A stretch of 64,000 nt of DNA from Abditibacterium sp. (lineage in GTDB: Bacteria; Armatimonadota; Abditibacteriia; Abditibacteriales; Abditibacteriaceae). Position 1 is the first letter of the stretch. Each line of letters begins with the position of its first letter. The notes beneath the pieces were generated by a model. It saw only the letters and a program-made list of their open reading frames with translations, did no database searches and was not told the DNA's origin. Made by a program: the position numbers and the translations under genes. Positions 29,004 to 38,173 of this stretch are shown here, piece after piece. The stretch is taken from assembly GCA_965246885.1 (NCBI GenBank), contig OZ251992.1:3418671-3482670 (forward strand), written 5' to 3'.

Positions 29004-29888
29004 ATGCGTTCTTACTGGGAAGAAGACCTTGCAATTCTGAGCGCCGAGAACGTGTCGGTTTCGGTCGAAACGTCGGGCTTAGGGTCGCGTTTGGCGGCGC
29101 TGTTCATTGACACCAGCTTGCAGGGCCTCGTGCTACTGCTCTTTTGGCTGGTGGTGTGGGGCGCGGCGACCTACATTGCGCCGCTCCGCTCGCTTCCGAC
29201 GTGGCTGAACTCCACGCTGGAAGCGGTGTATTACGTCTTTCTGTTTCTGCTGTTCTTTGGGTATTACTTCTTGTTCGAGTGGCTGTGGGACGGGCAAACG
29301 CCGGGAAAGCGCTACTTGGGGATGCGGGTGACAATGGCCAATGGCCTGCCGCTTTCGATGTGGCCCGCGCTTGTGCGCAACACGGTGCGCTTGGTGGACT
29401 TTCTGCCGCCGCCGTATGGCATCGGCGCCCTCGTCTCGATGGCCAATCCGCTCAATCAGCGCGCCGGGGACTTGGCGGCGGGCACCATCGTGGTGCGCGA
29501 AGGGCGCCGCGAGAAGGTGGGCAAGCCCCTGACCATGCGCGAAGCCGTTGACAAGTTCCTCGAAGCCGCCCAGCATGTCCCTGTCGGCATACCCGCCCCC
29601 GCGCGCGACTGGCACGGCGAGGAGCTTGGCGGCCTAAGCGTCGAGGCCGCGCGCCAACTCGACCCCGAAGCCCTCGCCCTCGCCAAGAAACTGGGCCGCG
29701 AGGATTACGAACTGGCCCGCGACTATCTCGCCCGCCGCGCTCAGATGCCCTTCGATTCCCGTTTGCGCTTAAGCCGCGCCCTCGCCGCGCGCCTGAGCGA
29801 AAAGTCCGGCCTGCCTCTTGACCCGAACCGCGTTGACCCGTTCATTGAGGACATCATCGGCACCCTCGCGCGGGTGTATGCGGGCTGA
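29004..29888 (+). CDS. RDD family membrane protein
   Basis: GSRLAALFID, GQTPGKR, RN..RLVD, QRAGDLAAGTIVV. Confidence 0.88.
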   Translation: MRSYWEEDLAILSAENVSVSVETSGLGSRLAALFIDTSLQGLVLLLFWLVVWGAATYIAPLRSLPTWLNSTLEAVYYVFLFLLFFGYYFLFEWLWDGQTPGKRYLGMRVTMANGLPLSMWPALVRNTVRLVDFLPPPYGIGALVSMANPLNQRAGDLAAGTIVVREGRREKVGKPLTMREAVDKFLEAAQHVPVGIPAPARDWHGEELGGLSVEAARQLDPEALALAKKLGREDYELARDYLARRAQMPFDSRLRLSRALAARLSEKSGLPLDPNRVDPFIEDIIGTLARVYAG

Positions 29889-29903
29889 GCGCGCGCCGCG
29901 CGC

Positions 29904-31793
29904 TCAAAACAACCCTTTCCCGCCAAGCGCCCCAGTTTGCCCTTGCCCGCGCACGTCCTGAATCGTCACCTCCTTGAGGCCAATATCGGCCACGAGGGAA
30001 CTGCCGGTTTGGGTGAGGTGGCGCACGGGATCAACGAGCGTCACGCCGCCTGTTGCGGTGATGCGCCCCGTTGCGCGCTCGAAAGTGGCGCGCGGGGCGC
30101 GGATGGTAGCGCCACTGTGGGCGCGCAAGGTGACGCCGCCAGTCGCTTCGACATGCGCGCCGTTCGCGTCGCCGACCACGCGCGACGCGCGCACTTCGAC
30201 GCGGCCCAACCCCCCGCCTCCGCGCAGCGAAGCGCCGACGCTCCCAGTGGCGACAACGGACGCCCCGCGCTTTTGAACGCGGTCGGCCTTCAACTTCGTG
30301 CCGTCCGGAAGCGTGGCAGAGGCGCCTCCGGTCGCGGTCGCGTCACCCCCACTCCCCTCGACGCGGCTGGCGGCCACATGGGTACCGTCGGGCAAAACCG
30401 CGCTCGCGCCGCTTGATGCGATGAAGGTGTCGCCGCGTTTTTCGAGGGTGGCGGCGCTGATTTTGGTGCCGTTGCGGAGCGTGCCGCGCACGTCCCCGCT
30501 CATGGTCGCATTCTGAAAATGGGCGTCGCTGTGGGCGCGCGCGCCACTCAGGGTGCCGTTGGGCGAGGTAATGCGCACATTGCCACTCGCGGACACATGG
30601 CCGGTTTGGGCGTCGCCGTTCCACGTCGCGCTTTGGGAGCGCAGCGTTCCCGTCGAATTGCGGGCGAAGACGCCGCCCGTCGCGGTGACGACCCCCGAAC
30701 TCTTCGACCAGTCGCGCAACGTCGCCTTTCCCGCGTCCAGTTTCAAGTCACCCCGGCTGAACACGACGCCGCGCCCGCTTACTGTGGACAGGTTCTCCAA
30801 GCCGCGCGCGCTCGCAAGGGTGAGCACGACGCCATCCTTTTCGAGGTGCACATTGCGGGCGTCGGTGACACGCAGTTTGGAGTCGGTCGTCAGCGCGCTC
30901 GTGTGCACCAGAGCGCCGCGCCCTCGGAAGGTGGCGTTGGGGACGAAGATGCGGTCGCGCGCCCAGTTCCACTCCAAGCGCGCGCCCGTCGCGCTTCCGG
31001 TGGGCGCTTTGGCTTGGACGTTTCCCGTCAAGGTGCCGTGTTGGGCGCGGGTGTCGGCGTCGAGATGCGCGCCCGTGAGGGTCGTTCCCGCGCGCGTCGC
31101 TTGGACGGTTTGGGCGCTGAGGCGGTTGGTTTTCCAGTTGAAGTTCGCGCGCGCGGCATGAACGACGGCGCCTTGCGAAGAAAGCGTGGCGGCGGCGGTT
31201 TGCAGGGTTTGCAAGGAGGTTTGTCCGGTCAGGCGCGGGGTGCGCAGGAGGATGTCGCCGCGCTTGGCTTCGACGCCGCCCGACGCGGCAAGGGTGCGCT
31301 TGCCAACGTCCACGTCGGCGCGTGGCGCGCGCACCTCGACGGGAGCGCCCGCGAGAGTTTGCGAAGTGGCGACGACGTGCCCGGTCATTTGCAAGCGCAC
31401 GCCCGCCGCCGTGTTGAAAAGCTGCATCGTGTCGGCTTGGAACTTCGACTCCGGCGCGCCCGCCCGAAACAGGGCAGCGCTTGCGCCCGTGAGCGTGGCG
31501 GTCTTGGGCGCGCCGTTCTCGGTTTGGCCGGACGCGCGGATTTCCTTGGCTTGCACGCGCCAAAGTGGGCGCCCTTGCGCGTCGCCAATTTCGATTTGCC
31601 CACCCTTGACGACCGCGCCGCTTAGCCCTTGCACCGACTGCGCTCCCTTTTTGGCCTCGGTCTTGAGTTCTTGCTGAAACTGCGCGCGCTCGGCGTCGGA
31701 GATGTCGGAGCCGGTCTTCGCGCCGCGCCTACACCCGCCCACGAGAAGGGCAAGAGCAGTGGCAAGAGCGGCGAGGAGAAGGAGGGATTTCAT
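29904..31793 (-). CDS. Lipoprotein with tandem LptC/LptA(OstA)-like beta-jellyroll repeats
   Basis: Lipobox LVGG-C; recurring strands such as ASGGVEA, LTGNVQA, ATGGVFA, ASGNVRI, MSGDVRG, ATGGVTL. Confidence 0.7.
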   Translation of the reverse strand: MKSLLLLAALATALALLVGGCRRGAKTGSDISDAERAQFQQELKTEAKKGAQSVQGLSGAVVKGGQIEIGDAQGRPLWRVQAKEIRASGQTENGAPKTATLTGASAALFRAGAPESKFQADTMQLFNTAAGVRLQMTGHVVATSQTLAGAPVEVRAPRADVDVGKRTLAASGGVEAKRGDILLRTPRLTGQTSLQTLQTAAATLSSQGAVVHAARANFNWKTNRLSAQTVQATRAGTTLTGAHLDADTRAQHGTLTGNVQAKAPTGSATGARLEWNWARDRIFVPNATFRGRGALVHTSALTTDSKLRVTDARNVHLEKDGVVLTLASARGLENLSTVSGRGVVFSRGDLKLDAGKATLRDWSKSSGVVTATGGVFARNSTGTLRSQSATWNGDAQTGHVSASGNVRITSPNGTLSGARAHSDAHFQNATMSGDVRGTLRNGTKISAATLEKRGDTFIASSGASAVLPDGTHVAASRVEGSGGDATATGGASATLPDGTKLKADRVQKRGASVVATGSVGASLRGGGGLGRVEVRASRVVGDANGAHVEATGGVTLRAHSGATIRAPRATFERATGRITATGGVTLVDPVRHLTQTGSSLVADIGLKEVTIQDVRGQGQTGALGGKGLF

Positions 31794-31796
31794 AGC

Positions 31797-32561
31797 TTAG
31801 AACCGGAAGCGCAGTAGCGCCCATGCCGCGCGCAGGCCGTCGCGCACGACGCGGATTTTCTTGCCTTCTAACTCGGTGCGCGGGTGGTAGGAGATGGGCG
31901 TTTGCCCGACGCGGGCGCCGCGCTTGCGGGCACGGGCGACTTTGGCGGCGATCTCGAAGTCGAGGTCGAAGCCGTCGCATTGCAAGTCGAGCGAGAGGGC
32001 GAAGGCGCGGCGCATGAGTTTGTAACAAGTCGCCACATCGTCAAGCGGCGCGCCATACAAGACGCGGTAAAAGACGGTCAGCCCCACGCGCCCGTAAAAG
32101 AAGGCGGTGCGCGGTTGCTCGCGGCGGGTCGCGCTACCGGGCGACAGGCGCGTGCCGAACACGGCGTCTAACTTCCGCTTGTGGGCGGCATCGAGGAGCT
32201 TGTGAAAGTCGCGCGGGTCGTATTCGAGGTCGGCGTCTTGGACAATTGTCCACTCGCCGCGCGCCAAGGCCAGCGCGCGCCGCACGCTCGCGCCCTTGCC
32301 GCGATTCTCGGATTGAAAAGCGACGCGCAAGCAGGCGGCGGAGCTTTCTCCGCCCGCTTCGCCCGACGCGATGAGGCTTTGTAAGTACTCGCGCGTGCCG
32401 TCGTCGGACACGTTGTCCACGACGATGATTTCGAGGTCAAGGTCGAGCGCACGGACGCGGCGCAGTATCTCTTCAAGCGTGGGGCGCTCGTTGTAGACGG
32501 GCATCAGCACGCTCAGCAGGGGCGGCGAGGGTTCGTTCATCGGCGGCGCGTAGTCTTTCAT
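31797..32561 (-). CDS. Glycosyltransferase family 2 (polyprenyl-phosphate sugar synthase-like)
   Basis: SVLMPVYNE, VVDNVSDDGT, NRGKGA, QDADLEYDP, DVATCYK, EGKKI. Confidence 0.9.
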   Translation of the reverse strand: MKDYAPPMNEPSPPLLSVLMPVYNERPTLEEILRRVRALDLDLEIIVVDNVSDDGTREYLQSLIASGEAGGESSAACLRVAFQSENRGKGASVRRALALARGEWTIVQDADLEYDPRDFHKLLDAAHKRKLDAVFGTRLSPGSATRREQPRTAFFYGRVGLTVFYRVLYGAPLDDVATCYKLMRRAFALSLDLQCDGFDLDFEIAAKVARARKRGARVGQTPISYHPRTELEGKKIRVVRDGLRAAWALLRFRF

Positions 32562-33832
32562 ACAAGCGTCCGCCACCCAAGAATGTTTGCCAAGGACAGC
32601 CCCGCCATCGTCAGGAACAGCGCGCCCGCCGGTATCATCCCCGTCCGCGTGCGCGCCAACTGCCCGCCCAGCAAGAGCGTAACCGGCAACAGCGCGCCGT
32701 GCAAATAGCGCGCTTGCCCAGCCGAAATGTGGCCCAGCGCAAAGTTCGCCCACAGCAACACCAGCAGCAAAACACCCGCGCCCCACCACGCCGACAGCGC
32801 CCGCGTTTCGGGGGCCGCTTTGTCGGGGCGCGCTTTCCAGCCGCCCCACACCGCCATAAGAGGCACGCCCACCACGACCAAAAGCGGCAGGAGCCACAAC
32901 GGAGACGGCATCCCCGGCCCGCCCGCGCTGAAGGGGCGGGTCATCTTGTTGAGGGTGTTCGGCCCACCAAAGAACCCCCACGCCGTCAGCAGAATTTGCC
33001 ACGCCAAGCCGCGCGCATAGCGGAAGAACGTCCAACCAAAGTTCGCCGCGTAAAATGCGAACCCCGGCGTTCCCAGCGTCGCCGCGCGCGAAAACAGACC
33101 ATACGCGAGCGGGTCGCCATAGAGCATCTGATTGCGCAAGAACATCGGCGCCGCCAACAGCAACGCGACGCCCATCCCCGGCAAAAGCGCCGTCAAAGGC
33201 CGCTCGCCGCGCTTTGCCAGCGCCGCGCCCAACGCCAGAAACGCCCACGCACCAAGGGGAAGCGCCGTCAACTTCGTGAGCGCGCCCAACCCCGCGACCA
33301 ATCCTACGAGTAACACCAGCCGCTTCGTCGGCTCTTCCAACCACGCGCGCGCCACGAGATAGAAGAGCAACGCCGCCCACAGCCCCGCCAAAGCGTCGTT
33401 GTTTATCCCCGCGCTCACGCCCTGATGCAGTGGCGACAGCGCCGCGAGCAACACACACACCGCGCTCGCCCGCGAGCCGCGCCCGAACAGCAGATTGGCG
33501 CCCCCCCACACAACCACCAGCGTCAGCAAGCCGAACAAGAGCGACAGCCAGCGCGCCGCCCCCATCCGCGCGCCTGCGGGAAGCGCCGCCCAAAGTGGCG
33601 CCGCGAGCAGATAGAAAAGTGGTGGCTGGTGGAACTCATACCCCGGCTGGGGCGGCGGTTGGCCCGCGAAAACGGTAAGCGCGTGATTAGTGGCGATGGC
33701 CGCGATGTATTGCGCGTGCGCCGCTTCGTCGGGCGCGGCATTGAAGGGCACGCGGATAATCAGCGCCGCCGTGAAAACGAAGAGAAGCGCGAGCGCCGCC
33801 CACAACGGGCCGCGAACAGGAGCAGTAGGCAT
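32558..33832 (-). CDS. Multi-TM GT-C fold glycosyltransferase (PMT-2/DUF2142-like)
   Basis: PDEAAHAQY, HQPPLFY, INND, LTK, QARYL; more than 10 hydrophobic segments. Confidence 0.8.
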   Translation of the reverse strand: MPTAPVRGPLWAALALLFVFTAALIIRVPFNAAPDEAAHAQYIAAIATNHALTVFAGQPPPQPGYEFHQPPLFYLLAAPLWAALPAGARMGAARWLSLLFGLLTLVVVWGGANLLFGRGSRASAVCVLLAALSPLHQGVSAGINNDALAGLWAALLFYLVARAWLEEPTKRLVLLVGLVAGLGALTKLTALPLGAWAFLALGAALAKRGERPLTALLPGMGVALLLAAPMFLRNQMLYGDPLAYGLFSRAATLGTPGFAFYAANFGWTFFRYARGLAWQILLTAWGFFGGPNTLNKMTRPFSAGGPGMPSPLWLLPLLVVVGVPLMAVWGGWKARPDKAAPETRALSAWWGAGVLLLVLLWANFALGHISAGQARYLHGALLPVTLLLGGQLARTRTGMIPAGALFLTMAGLSLANILGWRTLV

Positions 33833-33884
33833 GGAAGAAGCCAAGTTTGCCGCTTGCGTCCGCTTCGGTGTGCTCCCCAAAGCG

Positions 33885-33949
33885 GAAACGTGGGGCACAA
33901 AGGATTTTTACCGACCTGAAACAACGGGGAAACACCCGGCGCCTAAGAT
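33885..33949 (+). promoter_or_regulatory. Putative nitrogen-regulated promoter: 11-bp-phased GAAAC boxes plus -10 TAAGAT
   Basis: GAAAC at 33885, 33918 and 33929 and TTTAC at 33907, all in 11-bp phase; TAAGAT at 33944, 10 nt after the last box. Confidence 0.6.
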
Positions 33950-34082
33950 GTAAAGGGCGGGTGACGCCGCCAACGCGCCCAGAAGACTTGCGCTTAAACT
34001 GCGCGCCAACCGGGAAAGAAACCGTAGGCTCGTCGTCGCTTCGGCGCGACGTTCCGATTGCTTTCTTCTTCCAGAGGTATAA

Positions 34083-34427
<345 letters not shown>

Positions 34428-34544
34428 ATTCCAGCGAATGAATTCGCAGCCAGCAAAGTCGTCGGCCTTCGCCGACGGAAGCGCATTGACTCGTCGACCA
34501 TCACCCGTGCTTTCAAGCGCTCCGCGCGCTTTGAAACGTCTACT

Positions 34545-35564
34545 ATGCCCACTAAATTCAAGCTCGAATACATCTGGCTCGACGGCTACAAGCCCGTCCC
34601 CAACCTGCGCGGCAAAACCCTCGTCAAAGAGTTTTCCCAGTTCCCCACCCTCGAAGAACTCCCCTTCTGGGGCTTTGACGGCTCCTCGACGCAACAGGCC
34701 GAAGGCCACTCCTCCGACTGCGCGCTCAAGCCCGTCGCGGTCTATCCCGACCCGGCGCGCACCAACGGCGCCCTCGTCATGTGCGAAGTGATGATGCCCG
34801 ATAAAGTCACGCCGCACCCGACCAACGCCCGCGCCACCATCCTCGACGACGCGGGCACGTGGTTCGGCTTTGAGCAGGAGTACTTCCTCTATCAAGATGG
34901 GCGGCCCCTCGGATTCCCCGAACAAGGCTACCCCTCGCCGCAGGGCACCTACTACACGAGCGTGGGCTACTCCAACGTCGGCAACATCGCGCGCTCCATC
35001 GTGGACGAGCACCTCGACCTTTGTATCGCGGCGGGCATCAACCACGAGGGCATCAATGCCGAAGTCGCCAAAGGGCAGTGGGAGTTCCAAATCTTCGGCA
35101 AAGGCTCGCGCCGCGCCGCCGACGAAGTGTGGATGGGCCGCTACCTACTCTACCGCTTGTGCGAGAAATACGAAGTGGACGTTGAAATTCACTGCAAACC
35201 CATCAAAGGCGACTGGAACGGGTCGGGCATGCACGCCAATTTTTCCACCGCCTATATGCGCGAAGTCGGCGGCAAAGAGTACTTCGAGAAGCTTATGGCC
35301 GCCTTCGAGTCCGAAAAGATGGAACACATCGCCGTTTACGGCCCCGACAACCACCTGCGCTTAACCGGGTTGCACGAGACCGCGCCGCTCGACCGCTTCT
35401 CCTATGGCGTGGGCGACCGGGGCGCTTCCATTCGCATCCCGCAATCATTCGTGGACGCCGGGTATCGCGGCTACCTCGAAGACCGCCGCCCCAACTCGCA
35501 GGGCGACCCCTATCAGATCGCCTCGCGTATCTTGAAGACCATCGCGTCCGTGCCGACGAGCTAA
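34545..35564 (+). CDS. glnII: Glutamine synthetase type II
   Basis: 339 aa; LEYIWLDG, WGFDGSST, FGFEQEY, INAEVAKGQWEFQ, DWNGSGMHANFS, RLTGLHET, GYLEDRRP. Confidence 0.94.
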   Translation: MPTKFKLEYIWLDGYKPVPNLRGKTLVKEFSQFPTLEELPFWGFDGSSTQQAEGHSSDCALKPVAVYPDPARTNGALVMCEVMMPDKVTPHPTNARATILDDAGTWFGFEQEYFLYQDGRPLGFPEQGYPSPQGTYYTSVGYSNVGNIARSIVDEHLDLCIAAGINHEGINAEVAKGQWEFQIFGKGSRRAADEVWMGRYLLYRLCEKYEVDVEIHCKPIKGDWNGSGMHANFSTAYMREVGGKEYFEKLMAAFESEKMEHIAVYGPDNHLRLTGLHETAPLDRFSYGVGDRGASIRIPQSFVDAGYRGYLEDRRPNSQGDPYQIASRILKTIASVPTS

Positions 35565-35614
35565 AACAGTCTGTCGTCCGCTCATCCACCCACCGGGGCC
35601 GTTCCCGCGACCCG

Positions 35615-35761
35615 GCGAACGCTTCAGGTAAGTGGATGAAGCGTTCGGTTAGATGGGCGGACGGTTCACGCGACTATCTGAACGATTCGCGCGCATGGGC
35701 GGACGGCTCAGATAGCTACCCGAACGACTCCGGTGGATGGGCGAAGCGTTCAGATGGTGTA
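35615..35761. repeat. Degenerate 21-bp tandem array (7 units)
   Basis: Units start at 35615, 35636, 35657, 35678, 35699, 35720 and 35741, each with a GRAcgnYTC-like core. Confidence 0.8.
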
Positions 35762-35902
35762 GAACTCGCCCTTGCGCTCAAATTCCCCTTTCCGTTCGTC
35801 CAAAGTGGCGCGCCTCCCCGGTGCGCCGCTTTTGCGTGTCGGCCTCCTAATCGTTTAACCTTTACCCCCGGCGACTTCGCTCGCACACCAAACCAAACAC
35901 CC

Positions 35903-37360
35903 ATGCCAGACATCAACTCCATTATCGAAATGGCGCAAGAAGAGGGCGTCGAGTTCATTGACCTCAAGTTCGTCGGTCTGCTCGGCGACATGCAGCATCT
36001 GACGTTCCCCGTTCAATCCGCCCTCAACGAGGACTTCTTTACCGACGGCGTCGGATTTGACGGCTCGTCGGTGCGCGGCTTTCAAACCATTGACAAGTCC
36101 GACATGATGCTCGTCCCCGACATCAGCACCGCCATCATTGATCCCGTCTACGACACCCCTACCCTCTCGGTATTCGCCAACATCATTGACCCCATCACGC
36201 GCGAACCCTATTCCCGCGACCCCCGTTACATCGTCACCAAGGCGCTCGCTTATCTCAAGTCCACCGGCATCGGCGACCAAGTGTTCTTCGGGCCGGAAGC
36301 CGAGTTCTTCCTGTTCAACGGCGTGTCGTTTGGCGGCCACAAAGCGGCGGGCGGGCCGGACGGCCATTTCACGCACTACAAAGTGGACTCGGTTGATGGC
36401 GACTGGCATAATGCCGATTCGGTTCACGACGAACTGACCGGCGAATATAACTCCGGCCACCGCACGCGCAACAAGGGCGGCTACGTGCCCGTGCCGCCGC
36501 AAGACAACCTGACCGAAGTGCGCAACGACATCGTGCGCCACCTCTACCAAGCGGGCATCGGCGTGGACTTGCACCACCACGAAGTCGCTTCCGGCGGCCA
36601 GTGCGAAATTGGCATTTCGCTCCAAGACATCGCCACCATGTGCGACACGATGATGCTTCACAAATACATCGTCAAAAACGTCGCTGCCAAGCACGGCCTC
36701 ACCGCGACCTTCATGCCCAAGCCCATCTTCGGCGACAACGGCACCGGCATGCACTGCCACCAGTCCATCTGGAAGGACGGCAAGACCCTCATGTTCGACG
36801 AGAACGGCTACGCCCAACTGAGCGACCTCGCGCGCTATTACATCGGCGGCATCCTCAAGAACGCGCCCTCCCTGCTCGCTTTCACCAACGCTTCGACCAA
36901 CTCGTACCACCGCCTCGTCCCCGGCTACGAAGCGCCTATTTACTTGCTCTACTCCCAGCGCAACCGCTCCGCCGCCGTGCGCATCCCGCTTTATTCCAAG
37001 AGTCCCAAAGCCAAGCGCATCGAGTTCCGCACCCCCGACGTGACCGGCAACATTTACCTGTCGCTCGTGGCACAACTGATGGCGGGCTTGGACGGCATCG
37101 TCAACAAAATCGAGCCGGGTGACCCCTTCGACAAAGACTTGTATGAACTCGAACCCGAAGAGCGGCACGGCATCCCCACCGTTCCGGGAAGTCTCGAAGA
37201 GACCCTCGACAACTTGGAGCGCGACCACGCCTTCCTGACGGCAGGCGGCGTCTTTACCGAAGACCTCATCGCCAAATACATCGAACTCAAGCGCGGCGAC
37301 GTGGACGCCATCCGTCTGCGCCCCCACCCCCACGAGTTCTCGCTGTATTTCGACGTGTAA
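35903..37360 (+). CDS. glnA: Glutamine synthetase type I
   Basis: FDGSSVRGF, GPEAEFF, HHHEVA, FMPKPIFGDNGTGMHCHQS, RLVPGYEAP, RNRSAAVRIP, KDLYEL adenylylation loop. Confidence 0.96.
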   Translation: MPDINSIIEMAQEEGVEFIDLKFVGLLGDMQHLTFPVQSALNEDFFTDGVGFDGSSVRGFQTIDKSDMMLVPDISTAIIDPVYDTPTLSVFANIIDPITREPYSRDPRYIVTKALAYLKSTGIGDQVFFGPEAEFFLFNGVSFGGHKAAGGPDGHFTHYKVDSVDGDWHNADSVHDELTGEYNSGHRTRNKGGYVPVPPQDNLTEVRNDIVRHLYQAGIGVDLHHHEVASGGQCEIGISLQDIATMCDTMMLHKYIVKNVAAKHGLTATFMPKPIFGDNGTGMHCHQSIWKDGKTLMFDENGYAQLSDLARYYIGGILKNAPSLLAFTNASTNSYHRLVPGYEAPIYLLYSQRNRSAAVRIPLYSKSPKAKRIEFRTPDVTGNIYLSLVAQLMAGLDGIVNKIEPGDPFDKDLYELEPEERHGIPTVPGSLEETLDNLERDHAFLTAGGVFTEDLIAKYIELKRGDVDAIRLRPHPHEFSLYFDV

Positions 37361-37379
37361 GGGGCAACGATTGCCAACC

Positions 37380-37418
37380 CAAGCGCCGCCCCGTTTTTCG
37401 TCGGGGCGGCGCTTGTTG
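37380..37418 (+). terminator. Stem-loop downstream of glnA
   Basis: caagcgccgccccg-tttttcgt-cggggcggcgcttg followed by a weak T tract. Confidence 0.7.
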
Positions 37419-37462
37419 TCGTAGGGAACCCGATTTGCGCCTCTTGCTCCCCGGAGCAAACT

Positions 37463-38029
37463 ATGAAACAGACCTTTTTCCTCGCGGGCGCGCTCGCGGC
37501 GTTGACTTTGGGGGCGGGCGCGCAACCTACGCCCGACAACCACTTGGCCGAGCCGGGGGTGCGCGTCGGGCGCGTGTTTATCGGCGATTCCAAGGCGGCG
37601 GTGGGGCGGCGCTTGGGAGCCGCGTCGCGCTCGTTTAGCTTTAGTCACGGCCTTTCCTCGCAGGTGTGGCGGAGCAAGAAACGCAACGATACGGGGCGGC
37701 CCAACACCCTCGAAGTCGTCTACCAAAACGGCGTCGTGCGGCAAATCGAGGGCACCAGCCTCGTGTGGAAAACGCCCGATGACGTGTCGCTCGCTTCCTC
37801 GCGGAGCGAGTGGGAGGACGCCTACGGCAAGCCGCTCGTTTCGACTTACGACTTTGACGGCGGCACGCGCAAGAGGTATCTCGATTGGAAAGCCAAGGGC
37901 ATTGCCGTCGAACTCGTCAGCGCCCCGCGCGAAGCGGACGATGCCCCCGATAACTGGACGTATCAAACGCTCATCGTGCATCGCAAGGGCAACGCCGTCT
38001 TACCAGACCGGGGCGGAGTGTTGGAATAA
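37463..38029 (+). CDS. Secreted hypothetical protein
   Basis: GGAG SD-like sequence; signal peptide MKQTFFLAGALAALTLGAGA; 188 aa. Confidence 0.75.
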   Translation: MKQTFFLAGALAALTLGAGAQPTPDNHLAEPGVRVGRVFIGDSKAAVGRRLGAASRSFSFSHGLSSQVWRSKKRNDTGRPNTLEVVYQNGVVRQIEGTSLVWKTPDDVSLASSRSEWEDAYGKPLVSTYDFDGGTRKRYLDWKAKGIAVELVSAPREADDAPDNWTYQTLIVHRKGNAVLPDRGGVLE

Positions 38030-38046
38030 CGCTCAATGTCCCTGAT

Positions 38047-38067
38047 CCCCTCCTCGGCGAGGAGGGG
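38047..38067. repeat. Short REP-like palindrome
   Basis: cccctcctc-ggc-gaggagggg. Confidence 0.55.
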
Positions 38068-38087
38068 AGTGTACCACCCCACCAGAC

Positions 38088-38121
38088 AAAAAGCGCCGCC
38101 TCTTTCGAGACGGCGCTTTTT
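38088..38121. terminator. Bidirectional intrinsic terminator
   Basis: aaaaagcgccg-cctctttcgaga-cggcgcttttt between convergent genes. Confidence 0.8.
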
Positions 38122-38173
38122 GCGACTTTTTGAACAAGAGTAGATGTCTTGGCGGGGCGGCGGGCCGCTTTGT

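Noticed and set aside
35615..35761. 21-bp arrays (here and at 40034 and 56377) as CRISPR arrays
   Set aside because: Units are contiguous and degenerate, with no unique spacers and no cas genes
35615..35761. GAAC..GTTC cores as LexA (Cheo) boxes
   Set aside because: Spacing is GAA-n3-TTC, not GAAC-n4-GTTC
35855..37981. Long antisense ORFs (also 5867-7414, 33687-35090, 38144-39553, 23802-25151)
   Set aside because: Shadow frames opposite well-supported genes in high-GC DNA, with no motifs
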